From an uncultured Actinomycetota bacterium (GTDB lineage: Bacteria > Actinomycetota > Actinomycetes > JAFAQI01): DNA of 64,000 bases. Location of the stretch: positions 480,001 to 544,000 of the forward strand of contig CAVYQE010000001.1 in NCBI GenBank assembly GCA_963770565.1, given 5' to 3'. The translations under genes were made by a program, and so were the position numbers. A model generated the notes under the pieces. That model was not told the origin of the DNA and did not search any database. It saw only the letters and a list, made by a program, of their open reading frames with translations. Below, piece by piece: positions 30,159 through 41,196 of the stretch. Each line of letters begins with the position of its first letter. Positions within the stretch are counted from its first letter, which is position 1.

Positions 30159-32078
30159 ATGTCGTTGGCGCTGTACCGGAAATACCGGCCTGGCACGTTC
30201 GCCGAGGTGATCGGGCAGGAGCACGTCACCGAGCCGCTGTGCCGGGCGCTCGAGTCCGGGCGGATCCACCACGCGTACCTGTTCAGTGGGCCGCGGGGCT
30301 GCGGTAAGACCTCCAGTGCGCGGATCCTGGCCCGCTCGCTCAACTGCGAGAAGGGCCCGACGCCCACTCCGTGCGGGGTCTGCGACTCGTGCGTCGCGCT
30401 CGCCCCAAACGGCCCGGGATCGCTCGATGTGATCGAGATTGACGCGGCCTCGCACGGTCTCGTGGACGACGCCCGCGACCTGCGGGAGCGGGCCTTCTTC
30501 GCGCCGGTCTCCTCGCGGTTCAAGATCTACGTGATCGACGAGGCGCACATGATCACGACCGCTGCGTTCAACGCGTTGCTCAAGGTGGTTGAGGAGCCGC
30601 CGCCGCACGTGAAGTTCATCTTCGCGACGACCGAGCCGGACAAGGTCCTCGTGACGATCAAGTCACGCACCTTCCACTACCGCTTCCGGCTGATCCCGCC
30701 GCAGGTCATGCGCGAGGACCTGGCCCGGCTCTGCGAGCGCGAGGGCATCACGATCGAGCCGGCCGTCCTGCCACTGATCGTGCGGGCCGGCGCCGGGTCG
30801 GCGCGCGACGCGCAGTCGATCCTGGACCAGCTGGCCGCCGGGTCTGGCGACGCCGGGATCAGCTACGACCGGGCGCTTTCGTTGCTCGGCTACACCGACG
30901 CGGCGCTGCTCGAGGAGGTGGTCGGGGCGTTCGCGGCGGGCGACGGCGCGGCAGTCTTCCAGGCGGTCGACCGGGTCATTGACGCCGGCATCGAGCCGCG
31001 CCGATTCGCGCAGGACCTGCTCGAGCGCTTCCGCGACCTGCTCGTGCTCGACGCCGTACCCAATGCCGCCGACAAGGGACTGATCGACGCACCCGCCGAC
31101 CAGCTCGACCGGATGCACGCCCAGGCCGCGCACTACGGCCGCCCGTCGCTGTCCCGCGCCGCCGATGTCATGGCACAGGCACTCGTGGACATGCGGGGTA
31201 CGACGTCGCCGCGGCTGGTCCTGGAGCTGGCCTGCGCGCGGGTGCTCCTGCCGGGCGCGGCCGACGACACCGCCGCCCTGCTGGCCCGCCTCGACGCCTT
31301 CGAGCGGCGCCTCGGTGCCACCGGCGCCGCGGTGCCGCTTGTGGCTGACCTCCCGGCCGCCGAGCCGGCGGCCCCCGCGCCGAAGGTTTCGGCGCCGAGC
31401 GATGTGCCGGCCGAGACTGCCGCACCGCCGGCCGAGGTCACCGAACGACCTGGCCTGGCGGCGCCCGACACTGAGCGGACCGAGCCGGCTGCGGCCGACG
31501 GCATGCCGGCCGAGCCGAGCGCCCCGACCGTGCCGGGCCGGATCGACCTGGTCGCGCTGGAACGGCTGTGGGACCCGGTCCTCGACGCGGTCAAGAAGCG
31601 CAGCCGCACCGCGCACGCGCTGATGTTCTCGGCCGAAATCGAGTCGCTGGAAGGCAAGACGCTGACCCTGACCTTCCAGACCCCGACGCTGGCGACCCGG
31701 TTCGCCAACGACGTGTCCGACTTCGTCGTCGAGGCGTTGAAGGAGGTGCTGGGGGTCGATCTCGTCGTCCGCACCACGCATGCCGCCAGATCAGCACCCC
31801 CGCCGCCCGATGACCCGCCGTCGGCGGCCGAGCCCTCGACCGGACCGTCCTCCGGCCCGCCGGCCGGCCCGGCGAGCCCGTCGACACCAGAACCGCCCGG
31901 CGGTCGGTTGAGCGGGCCGGCGTCCGGCTCGGTGGCCGCCGGCGAGCCGCAGCCCGAGGATCTCGACGAGATGGGTGACATCGAGTCTTCGACCACGGTC
32001 GACCCCGAGGACTCCGCGCTTGCGCTGCTCAAGGAAGGCCTCGGCGCCCAGGTGATCGGCGAGATCGACCGCAGCTGA
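30159..32078 (+). CDS. dnaX: DNA polymerase III subunits gamma/tau
   Basis: LYRKYRP, GPRGCGKT, IDEAHM, FNALLK. Confidence 0.97.
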   Translation: MSLALYRKYRPGTFAEVIGQEHVTEPLCRALESGRIHHAYLFSGPRGCGKTSSARILARSLNCEKGPTPTPCGVCDSCVALAPNGPGSLDVIEIDAASHGLVDDARDLRERAFFAPVSSRFKIYVIDEAHMITTAAFNALLKVVEEPPPHVKFIFATTEPDKVLVTIKSRTFHYRFRLIPPQVMREDLARLCEREGITIEPAVLPLIVRAGAGSARDAQSILDQLAAGSGDAGISYDRALSLLGYTDAALLEEVVGAFAAGDGAAVFQAVDRVIDAGIEPRRFAQDLLERFRDLLVLDAVPNAADKGLIDAPADQLDRMHAQAAHYGRPSLSRAADVMAQALVDMRGTTSPRLVLELACARVLLPGAADDTAALLARLDAFERRLGATGAAVPLVADLPAAEPAAPAPKVSAPSDVPAETAAPPAEVTERPGLAAPDTERTEPAAADGMPAEPSAPTVPGRIDLVALERLWDPVLDAVKKRSRTAHALMFSAEIESLEGKTLTLTFQTPTLATRFANDVSDFVVEALKEVLGVDLVVRTTHAARSAPPPPDDPPSAAEPSTGPSSGPPAGPASPSTPEPPGGRLSGPASGSVAAGEPQPEDLDEMGDIESSTTVDPEDSALALLKEGLGAQVIGEIDRS

Positions 32079-32079
32079 C

Positions 32080-32186
32080 CCACACGCATGGCCCATTGGT
32101 GGGGCTACAGCCACACCCGTGGCCCATTGGTGGGGCTATAGCCCCACCCGTGGCCCATTGGTGGGGCGACACCACACGCATGGGCC
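32080..32186. repeat. Tandem ~31-bp repeat, about 3.5 copies (family B)
   Basis: Units CCACACGCATGGCCCATTGGTGGGGCTACAG start at 32080, 32111, 32142 and 32172 (partial). Confidence 0.9.
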
Positions 32187-32255
32187 GTTCGTGTTGCCGG
32201 GCCGACACCGGCGTCCGCAGCCGGGAACGTCGGATCCGGGCCGTAGGCTCGGGGC

Positions 32256-32585
32256 ATGCCTCCGCAGCCCAACATGCAGCAGCTGATGAAGCAGGCGCAG
32301 CAGATGCAGCAGCAGCTCGCTGCCGCCCAGGACGAGCTCGCGTCGACGACCGTCGACGGCAGCGCCGGCGGCGGGTTGGTGCGCGCGACAATGACCGGCA
32401 CCGGCGAGCTGGCGACGCTCGAGATCGATCCGACGGCGGTCGATCCGGACGACCTCGAGACCCTGCAGGACCTGATAGTCGCCGCGGTCCGCGACGCCAA
32501 GCGGGCCGCCGACGAGCTCGCGGCCCAGAAGATGGGACCGCTAACCGGCGGCATGGCGGGCAGCCTCGGGCTGTCAGGCTTCTAG
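32256..32585 (+). CDS. ybaB: YbaB/EbfC nucleoid-associated protein
   Basis: [28 protein letters not shown]; dnaX-ybaB-recR synteny. Confidence 0.93.
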   Translation: MPPQPNMQQLMKQAQQMQQQLAAAQDELASTTVDGSAGGGLVRATMTGTGELATLEIDPTAVDPDDLETLQDLIVAAVRDAKRAADELAAQKMGPLTGGMAGSLGLSGF

Positions 32586-32597
32586 GCCGAGCCCGCG

Positions 32598-33197
32598 TTG
32601 TACGAAGGCCCGGTCCAGGACCTCATCGACGAGCTCGGGCGGCTCCCCGGCGTGGGTCCCAAGGGCGCCCAGCGGATCGCGTTCTACCTGCTCGCCGCCG
32701 ATCCCGATGACGTCCGGCGCCTGGTTAGCGCTCTGACCGAGGTGAAGGACAAGGTGCGCTTCTGCACGATCTGCGGCAACGTCGCTGAGCAGGAGCAGTG
32801 CCGGGTCTGTCGCGACCCGCGGCGCGACCTGTCCGTCATCTGCGTCGTCGAGGAGCCGAAGGACGTCGTCGCGATCGAACGCACTCGCGAGTTCCGCGGC
32901 CGCTACCACGTGCTCGGCGGCGCGATCTCCCCGATCGAGGGGGTCGGCCCGGACGACCTGCGGATCCGCGAGCTGATGACCAGGCTGGCCGACGACACGG
33001 TCACCGAGGTGATTATCGCGACCGATCCCAACCTCGAAGGCGAGGCGACCGCGACGTACCTCGCCCGGATGATCAAGCCGATGGGCCTGCGGGTCACCCG
33101 GCTGGCCTCCGGGCTGCCGGTCGGTGGCGACCTCGAGTACGCCGACGAGGTCACGCTGGGGCGCGCCTTCGAGGGCCGTCGCTTGCTCGACGTCTAG
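32598..33197 (+). CDS. recR: Recombination mediator RecR
   Basis: [12 protein letters not shown]4 zinc finger, [15 protein letters not shown]. Confidence 0.97.
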   Translation: MYEGPVQDLIDELGRLPGVGPKGAQRIAFYLLAADPDDVRRLVSALTEVKDKVRFCTICGNVAEQEQCRVCRDPRRDLSVICVVEEPKDVVAIERTREFRGRYHVLGGAISPIEGVGPDDLRIRELMTRLADDTVTEVIIATDPNLEGEATATYLARMIKPMGLRVTRLASGLPVGGDLEYADEVTLGRAFEGRRLLDV

Positions 33198-33267
33198 CGT
33201 TCACCGAGGTCGCAAACGCCGATAAATGGCAAGGGTGTGCGCAGGAAGCGTCCGTAGACTTGAGGGC

Positions 33268-34531
33268 ATGGCCCTGGTCGTCCAGAAGTACGGCGGGTCG
33301 TCGGTCGGTGACGCCGAGCGGATCAAGAGCGTCGCGCAGCGGATCGTCGACGCGCGCCGGTCGGGCGACGACGTCGTCGTCGTCGTGTCGGCGATGGGCG
33401 ACACCACTGACGAGCTCCGCGACCTCGCGCAGCAGGTGTCGCCGCTTCCGCCGCCGCGCGAGCTCGACATGTTGCTGACCGCGGGCGAGCGGATCTCGAT
33501 GGCGCTGCTGGCCATGGCGATCGCCAACCAGGGCTTCGAGGCACGTTCGTTCACCGGCTCACAGGCCGGCGTGATCACCGACTCGAACCACGGCCGGGCC
33601 CGGATCATCGACATCACCCCCGGCCGGATCGTCGAGGCGATCTCGGCCGGCTACATCGCGATTGTGGCGGGATTCCAAGGTGTCTCGCAGGACACCAAGG
33701 ACATCACCACGCTCGGCCGCGGCGCGTCGGACACCACCGCGGTCGCGCTTGCCGCTGCGCTCGACGCGGACCGCTGCGAGATCTACACCGACGTCGACGG
33801 CGTCTACTCCGCCGACCCGAGGCTGGTGCCCAACGCGCGCAAGCTCGACCGGATCAGCTACGAGGAGATGCTCGAGTTCGCGGCGAGTGGCGCCAAGGTC
33901 CTCATGCTGCGATGTGTGGAGTACGCCCGGCGCTACGGCGTACCGGTCCATGTGCGCTCGTCATTTTCCGACCGCGACGGCACCTGGGTCGTACGAATCC
34001 CCGAGGAGGAACTGGTGGAGCAGGCGATCATCTCCGGTGTCGCCCACGACCTGTCCGAGGCACGCATCACGGTGGTCGGGGTGCCCGACAAGCCGGGCGA
34101 GGCGGCGGGGATCTTCCGCGCGATCGCCGATGCGAACGTCAACATCGACATGATCGTGCAGAACGTCTCCGGCTCGACCGGCCGCACCGACGTGTCGTTC
34201 ACGTTGTCGCGCGCCGATGGTGCGACTGCGATGGAGGCGCTCGAGCGGGTACGCCCGGCGATCGGCTTCGAGTCGCTGTTGTACGACGACCGAATCGGCA
34301 AGGTCTCGTTGATCGGCGCCGGCATGCGGTCGCACCCCGGCGTCTCGGCGACGTTCTTCGAAGCGCTCGCGTCGGCCGGCGTCAACGTGCAGAACATCTC
34401 GACCTCGGAGATCCGGATCTCGGTCGTCTGCGAAGACAGCGAGGTGCAGGCTGCGGTGCGCGCGGTGCACGAGGCGTTCGACCTCGAGGATCCCAACGGC
34501 GCACCCGCGACCGTGCACGCGGGGACCGGTA

Positions 34532-34536
<5 letters not shown>
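33268..34536 (+). CDS. ask: Aspartate kinase
   Basis: [24 protein letters not shown] domains, STSEIRIS. Confidence 0.97.
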
Positions 34537-35670
<1,134 letters not shown>

Positions 35671-35711
35671 CCGCCGGTCGCCCCACCTCGCCGCCGACTG
35701 TCGCCGGCGGA

Positions 35712-36650
35712 ATGCCCGCGATCGAGGTCCACGGCTTGGTCAAGTCGTACCCGGGCACCCCTGCCGTTCGCGGCATCGACCTTGCGATCCGCCAGGGCGA
35801 GGTCTTTGCGCTGCTCGGCCCGAACGGCGCCGGCAAGACCACGACGGTTGAGATTCTCGAGGGGTATCGGTCGCGCGACCAGGGCGAGGTGAGCGTTCTA
35901 GGGGTCGACCCGGGGCGCGAGCGGGCCAAGCTCAAGAACCGGATCGGGATCGTGTTGCAGTCGACCGGCGTCGATCGGTATCTCACCGTGCGCGAGACGG
36001 TCGCGATGTACGCGACCCTCTACCCCCACCCGAGACCGGTTGACGAGGTCGTCAGCCTGGTCGGTCTCGACGACAAGAGCGGGGCGCGGGTCCTCAAGCT
36101 CTCCGGCGGCCAGCAGCGGCGGCTGGACGTCGCGATTGCGTTGGTCGGAAACCCGGAGCTGCTCTTCCTCGACGAACCGACGACTGGCTTCGACCCGTCG
36201 GCTCGGCACGAGGCCTGGGTGGTGATCAAGACCCTTGCGACGCTCGGAATGACGGTCTTGCTCACCACGCATTACATGGACGAGGCACAGTTTCTCGCCG
36301 ATCGCGTGGCGGTGATCGTGGCTGGCCGAATCGTCGCCGAAGGCCCACCTGCCACGCTTGGTGATCGCAACCTGGCCAAGTCGCGCATCCGATACCGCGT
36401 CCCCAACGGCATTGACCTTCCCGCCGATCTTGACGTCCCACCGGGGCCGGACGGATACGTCGAGATCACGCCGGACGAGCCGCTCCGGGTGATGCATCGG
36501 CTCACCGGCTGGGCGATCGATCAGGGGATCGGCCTCGATGAGCTGGAGATGACGAGGCCTTCGCTCGAGGACATCTATCTCTCGCTCACCGCCGACCCGT
36601 CGGGTGACGCACGATTCCGACCACCCGAGCCGACCGTGACCGAGCAATGA
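35712..36650 (+). CDS. ABC-2 type exporter ATP-binding protein
   Basis: GPNGAGKTT, LSGGQ, LDEPTTGFD. Confidence 0.93.
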   Translation: MPAIEVHGLVKSYPGTPAVRGIDLAIRQGEVFALLGPNGAGKTTTVEILEGYRSRDQGEVSVLGVDPGRERAKLKNRIGIVLQSTGVDRYLTVRETVAMYATLYPHPRPVDEVVSLVGLDDKSGARVLKLSGGQQRRLDVAIALVGNPELLFLDEPTTGFDPSARHEAWVVIKTLATLGMTVLLTTHYMDEAQFLADRVAVIVAGRIVAEGPPATLGDRNLAKSRIRYRVPNGIDLPADLDVPPGPDGYVEITPDEPLRVMHRLTGWAIDQGIGLDELEMTRPSLEDIYLSLTADPSGDARFRPPEPTVTEQ

Positions 36651-37417
36651 GCGCGGCAAGGCTCACGCTGTCGCAGATGCGATACGTGAACAAGGCCTAT
36701 TGGCGGAATCCTGCCTCGGCGTTCTTCGCCTTTGCGTATCCGCTCATGTTCCTGGTGATCTTCACCTCGATCTTCCGTAACTCGACGGTGCAGTACGGCG
36801 CGAGGACGGTGAACGAAGCGACGTACTACATACCGGCGATGGTGTCGCTGGCGGTGATCACCGTCTGCTTCAACAACATCGCGGTCGCAGTCACCTTCCA
36901 ACGCGACTCCGGGGTGCTCAAGCGCATCAACGGGACCCCGCTGCCGAGCGGCCCGTTCTTCGGCGCGCGAATTTTGCACGCGGTGCTCGTCTCACTTCTG
37001 CTCGTGGTCATCACGGCTGGGTTCGGTCGCCTGTTCTACAGCGCCGACATCCCCACCGGGGCCACCCTCGGGCGCACGCTCGTGATGCTCACCGTCGGTG
37101 CCGCTGCGTTCTGCGCGCTCGGATTCGCGATCTCTTCGATCATCCCGAACTCGGATGCCTCGCTGCCGATCGTCAACGGGGTCATCCTGCCTTTGTTGTT
37201 CCTCTCCGGCGTGTTCATCCCGCTCGGAAGCAACCCGCCCGCCTGGATGAACTGGGTGGGCCGGGCCTTTCCGATCAAGCACTTCCTCAACGGCATGCAG
37301 GCTGCCTTTCTCGGCGGTTCCTTCGACTGGATCGACGTACTGATCGTGGCGGCGTGGGGGGCTGGTGGGCTCGCGTTTGCGATTCGCTTCTTTCGTTGGG
37401 AACCGCGGACGGACTGA
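36647..37417 (+). CDS. ABC-2 type exporter permease
   Basis: Six TM helices, RDSGVLKR, LFLSGVF. Confidence 0.9.
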   Translation: MSAARLTLSQMRYVNKAYWRNPASAFFAFAYPLMFLVIFTSIFRNSTVQYGARTVNEATYYIPAMVSLAVITVCFNNIAVAVTFQRDSGVLKRINGTPLPSGPFFGARILHAVLVSLLLVVITAGFGRLFYSADIPTGATLGRTLVMLTVGAAAFCALGFAISSIIPNSDASLPIVNGVILPLLFLSGVFIPLGSNPPAWMNWVGRAFPIKHFLNGMQAAFLGGSFDWIDVLIVAAWGAGGLAFAIRFFRWEPRTD

Positions 37418-37452
37418 CCCAGTCGGTCGTAGCGCCTCCGAGCGGTCACCAC

Positions 37453-38208
37453 CTAGCCGCGAGTGATCCGCAGCTTCGACTGAACGTGTCCGAGTTGCTC
37501 CCAGTCGTCCATGAACTCCGCCTTGAGGCCGTGCCGCTCGGCCGCCGCGACCAGGGTCTCAGTGCGGTAGTACCAGTCCTCACCCAGCCGTGCGTGTTCG
37601 CTGCCGTCGGTGCGGTTGAAGGTGAAGTCGAAGAACGCATCGGGCTTCATCACCCGCGGCAGGTTGCTGAAGCACTCCTCGATCACGGCGAGTGGTGAGT
37701 GCGAGAACACGCTGTGCGCGTGTACGACGTCGAAGTACTCGCCCGGCAGGAAGCTGAACGTCATGTTCTTGACGAGCGTCAAGTGCGGCAGCTTGTCGGC
37801 GAGATCGTGGTCGGCGACGATCGCCTGTGCCGCGAAGAGCACCTCGAGCGAGATGTCGATGCCGTAGTAGTTGCCGGCGTCGAGATAGTCGATGAACCGC
37901 CAGCCGGCTCGCAGGTTGCCACAGCCGATCTCGAGCAGACGATCCTGCGGCGTCAGCCCGTGCTGCTTGAGGTAGTTGAACTGCATCAGACCGATCTCGT
38001 TCCAGCCGCGTCGGCCGGTGTTGCCGACTGCGGTCGCCTCGCCGTGCACGATCGCGTCGTCGACGACGGCGCTGTAGTAGGCGATGTGATCGCGGTGGCG
38101 TAGCCGGAGGACGACGTCGCGTCGCAACCGGCGCAGATAACGGCGCGCGCGCTGCGGATACTGCATGGCGTGTCGAACTGATCCGAGCGCTCCGCGTCGT
38201 TGCGCCAT
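37453..38208 (-). CDS. Class I SAM-dependent methyltransferase; start uncertain
   Basis: LLEIGCGNLR, YYGIDIS, HSVFSH. Confidence 0.85.
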   Translation of the reverse strand: MAQRRGALGSVRHAMQYPQRARRYLRRLRRDVVLRLRHRDHIAYYSAVVDDAIVHGEATAVGNTGRRGWNEIGLMQFNYLKQHGLTPQDRLLEIGCGNLRAGWRFIDYLDAGNYYGIDISLEVLFAAQAIVADHDLADKLPHLTLVKNMTFSFLPGEYFDVVHAHSVFSHSPLAVIEECFSNLPRVMKPDAFFDFTFNRTDGSEHARLGEDWYYRTETLVAAAERHGLKAEFMDDWEQLGHVQSKLRITRG

Positions 38209-38344
38209 CGCCGTCCGGTCCGATCTGGCCCGCGAGGATCGCGAGGGAATGGCGGGCCGAGTGTGATGATGACACGACGCGGCCGGTTGCCGGTGTCGCG
38301 ACGAGCACGGCGCCGAGCTGCCCGCCAGAGCTGGGGTGGTTGAC

Positions 38345-38770
38345 ATGCACCTGCCGGACATGTGGATCGCCGGTGCAATGGAGCGGGCCGCCAAGACGGT
38401 GGCTCAAACGCTCGCCACGGGTCTGCTCGCGCTCAACATCGCGACGTTGACCACCTTCACGCCGATCAGGAACGCGCTGGTGGTTGCGGTGAGCGCCGGC
38501 GTCCTGTCGGTCCTCACCTCGCTTGGGTCCATTCGGTTGTCCAAGGGACAGTCCTTCGTCAAGAACACGATGTTGCGGTCCGCGCTGACTTTCGTGCAGA
38601 CCCTGGGTGGGGTGGCCGCCGCCGCCAAGCCGTTCAATGTCATTGACTTCCACTGGCCAATGGCACTTGCGACCGCCGGTGTCGCAGCCCTCGCGTCGGT
38701 GCTGACCTCGCTCGCCTCAGCCAAGCCCGGTCAGCCGGACTCGCCGTCACTGATCGCCGGCGTCGACTGA
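38345..38770 (+). CDS. r1t-type holin with two tandem holin domains
   Basis: ERAAKTVAQTL...AGVLSVLTSLGS repeated as RSALTFVQTL...AALASVLTSLAS...SPSL. Confidence 0.7.
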   Translation: MHLPDMWIAGAMERAAKTVAQTLATGLLALNIATLTTFTPIRNALVVAVSAGVLSVLTSLGSIRLSKGQSFVKNTMLRSALTFVQTLGGVAAAAKPFNVIDFHWPMALATAGVAALASVLTSLASAKPGQPDSPSLIAGVD

Positions 38771-38794
38771 TCAAGGGCACTGTCGTCACAGCAC

Positions 38795-38820
38795 AAAGCC
38801 CTGGACCCGAAGGCCCAGGG
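38795..38820 (-). terminator. Intrinsic terminator hairpin (probable original tRNA-Pro terminator)
   Basis: Minus strand CCCTGGGCC-TTCG-GGTCCAGGG followed by CTTTG. Confidence 0.6.
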
Positions 38821-38859
38821 ACCCGATCTCGGCGGAGATCAGATTGGTCGGGATGACAG

Positions 38860-40180
38860 TGTTCTGGTCCAGGACATCGGAATGGGGTGTCCCGCGACAT
38901 CGGAATAGCGTGTCGCAGGTCTTCGGAATAGGTGGTGGCCCGCAGGCTGCGGGATGTCGAAACGTCGTCTTGTCATCAGCGCTGTTCTGACCGGCCAGTC
39001 GCAGTCCGAGGTTGCCCGTGCCTACGGCGTCTCCCAGGGTTGGGTCAGCCGGCTGATGGCCCGCTACCGGGTGGAGGGTGAGGCGTCGTTCGAGCCGCGG
39101 TCCCGGGCCCCGAAGACCAGCCCCGGGCGCGACCGGGCCGGCGACCGTCGAAGGGGTGCTGCGGCTGCGTAAGCAGCTGGCCGAGGCCGGTCTGGACGCC
39201 GGCGCGGACACGATCGGCTGGCATCTGGCGCACCACCACGGCACCAGGCTGGGACGCACCACGATCAACCGGATCCTGGAACGCGCCGGAGTGGTCATCC
39301 CGGACCCGTCGAAGCGACCGAAAAGCTCCTACCTGCGGTTCGAAGCCGAGCTGCCGAACGAGATGTGGCAGTCCGACTTCACCCACTACCCGCTCGCTGA
39401 CGGCACCGGGACCGAGATCCTGACCTGGCTCGATGACTGCTCCCGCTACGCACTATCGGTCACCGCTCATGTCCGGGTCACCGGCCCGGTCGTGCTCGTC
39501 ACGTTCCGCAAAACGGTTGCGGCTCATGGCGTTCCGGCTTCTACCCTGACCGATAACGGGATGGTGTTCACCACCCGGTTCGCCGGCGGCAAAGGCGGCC
39601 GCAACAGCTTCGAACACGAACTACGCCGGCTGCACGTGACCCAGAAGAACTCCCGACCGAACCACCCCACGACCTGCGGCAAAGTCGAACGGTTCCAGCA
39701 AACGATGAAGAAATGGCTACGGGCCCAACCCGCCCAACCAGCAACGATCGGTGAGCTGCAAACCCTCATCGACGCGTTCGTCGACGAATACAACCACCGG
39801 CGGCCGCACCGGTCGCTACCGCACCGCGCAACCCCGGCCGCGACCTACCAGAACCTGCCCAAAGCCACCCCCAGCACCAGCCGCGACGCTGACCGCCTCG
39901 ACCGGATCCGCCGCGACCGCATCGACGACAGCGGCGTCGTCACGCTGCGCCACGCCGGCCGACTCCACCACATCGGCGTCGGCCGAACCCACGCCCGAAC
40001 CCCCATCATCCTGCTCATCCACGACCTGCAGATCCGCGTCGTCGACGCCACCACCGGCGAGCTCCTGCGAGAACTGGTCCTCAACCCCGACATCGACTAC
40101 CAGCCCCAACAACCCCCAGAAACGACAGAAAACCCCTGAACCCGCAGGTTCAAACGTTTCCTATGTCGCGAGAGATCACA
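38860..40180 (+). mobile_element. IS481-family insertion sequence with a 16-bp target-site duplication
   Basis: TGT...ACA ends; three 23-bp GACATCGGAAT-type repeats at the left end and one inverted copy at the right; TTGGTCGGGATGACAG at 38844-38859 and 40181-40196. Confidence 0.9.
38954..40139 (+). pseudogene. IS481 DDE transposase with a 1-nt frameshift near 39127
   Basis: N-terminal HTH (38954) and integrase core WQSDFT/LTDNG/GKVERF lie in different frames; removing one G from CCCGGGCGCG rejoins PKTSPGATGP. Confidence 0.85.
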
Positions 40181-40181
40181 T

Positions 40182-40258
40182 TGGTCGGGATGACAGGATT
40201 TGAACCTGCGACCCCCTCGTCCCGAACGAGGTGCGCTACCAAGCTGCGCTACATCCCG
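40182..40258 (-). tRNA. tRNA-Pro(CGG)
   Basis: Minus strand CGGGATGTAGCGCAGCTTGGTAGCGCA-CCTCG-TT-CGG-GA-CGAGG...GCAGGTTCAAATCCTGT-CATCCCG-A-CCA. Confidence 0.97.
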
Positions 40259-40286
40259 AAGCGTCAGCGAGTCTAGGGCAGATCGC

Positions 40287-41174
40287 TCACGGGCTCCGCG
40301 GAGTAAGGGTCAGCAGGGTTGCCTCCGGCGGGCAGGCGAAGCGCACCGGAGCGTACGGCGAGGTGCCGAGACCGGCCGACACGTGCAGCCAGCCGCCGTT
40401 CGGCCACTTCGACAGGCCGCGGGCCCGGCTGCGCTCGAGGCCGCAGTTCGTGACGAGCGCACCGACTCCCGGCACTCTCAGCTGGCCGCCGTGGGTGTGC
40501 CCGCTCATGACCAGCGAGAACCCGTCCGAGGTGAACGCGTCGATCACCCGCGGCTCGGGACTGTGCGAGAGCCCGATCGCGACGTCCCCGGTGGCCGCGC
40601 CGGCGATCCGGTCGTAGTGGTCGGCGTGCAGGTGTGCGTCGCTCACCCCGCCGAGCTCGACCTGCACTCCGCGCACCGCGATCGTCGTACGCCGGTGGGT
40701 GAGGTCGAGCCAGCCCGCGTCGGTGAACGACGATCTTAGCGGCCCCCACGGCAGCGGGCGGCCGGCGTCCCGGGGCTTGGACTCCGGGAAGAAGTACATC
40801 GCCGGGTTCTTCGGGATCGGCGCGAACCAGTCGTTGGAACCCGGCACGAAGGCGCCCGGCCGCTCGAGCAGCGGACCGTACGCGTCGAGCACGACCGGGC
40901 CGCCGTCCATCGACGCCAGGTTGTCGCCGGTGTTGACGACCAGGTCGGGCTCGAGCTCGCCGAGCGACCGAACCCAGGCGACCTTCCACGGCTGGCCCGG
41001 GGTCGCGTGCAGGTCGGAGACATGCAGGACGGTGAGGTTCGGCGCGCCGGGCGGAAGGATCGGCACCGAGACCTGTCGAAGCCGGAACGCCTTGCGCTCG
41101 TAGGCCCAGCCGTACGCCGCCGCGCCGAGTCCAGCGGCGGCGAGTCCCAGTGGCAGTGCGACGAAGCGGCGCAT
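40287..41174 (-). CDS. Metallophosphoesterase (Rv3683-like)
   Basis: HVSDLH, NTGDN, GSND, SHSPE, GHTHGGQ. Confidence 0.92.
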   Translation of the reverse strand: MRRFVALPLGLAAAGLGAAAYGWAYERKAFRLRQVSVPILPPGAPNLTVLHVSDLHATPGQPWKVAWVRSLGELEPDLVVNTGDNLASMDGGPVVLDAYGPLLERPGAFVPGSNDWFAPIPKNPAMYFFPESKPRDAGRPLPWGPLRSSFTDAGWLDLTHRRTTIAVRGVQVELGGVSDAHLHADHYDRIAGAATGDVAIGLSHSPEPRVIDAFTSDGFSLVMSGHTHGGQLRVPGVGALVTNCGLERSRARGLSKWPNGGWLHVSAGLGTSPYAPVRFACPPEATLLTLTPRSP

Positions 41175-41196
41175 GTGTCAAGCCTAGGCTGAGTGC

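Noticed and set aside
30159-32078. Programmed frameshift site in dnaX
   Set aside because: No slippery A-run heptamer was observed.
32080-32186. Possible mini-CRISPR array
   Set aside because: Units are contiguous with no unique spacers and there are no cas genes; the same applies to 57794-57989.
39115-39135. Programmed frameshift in the IS481 transposase
   Set aside because: IS481 transposases are single-ORF and no typical slippery site is present; mutation or sequencing error is more likely.
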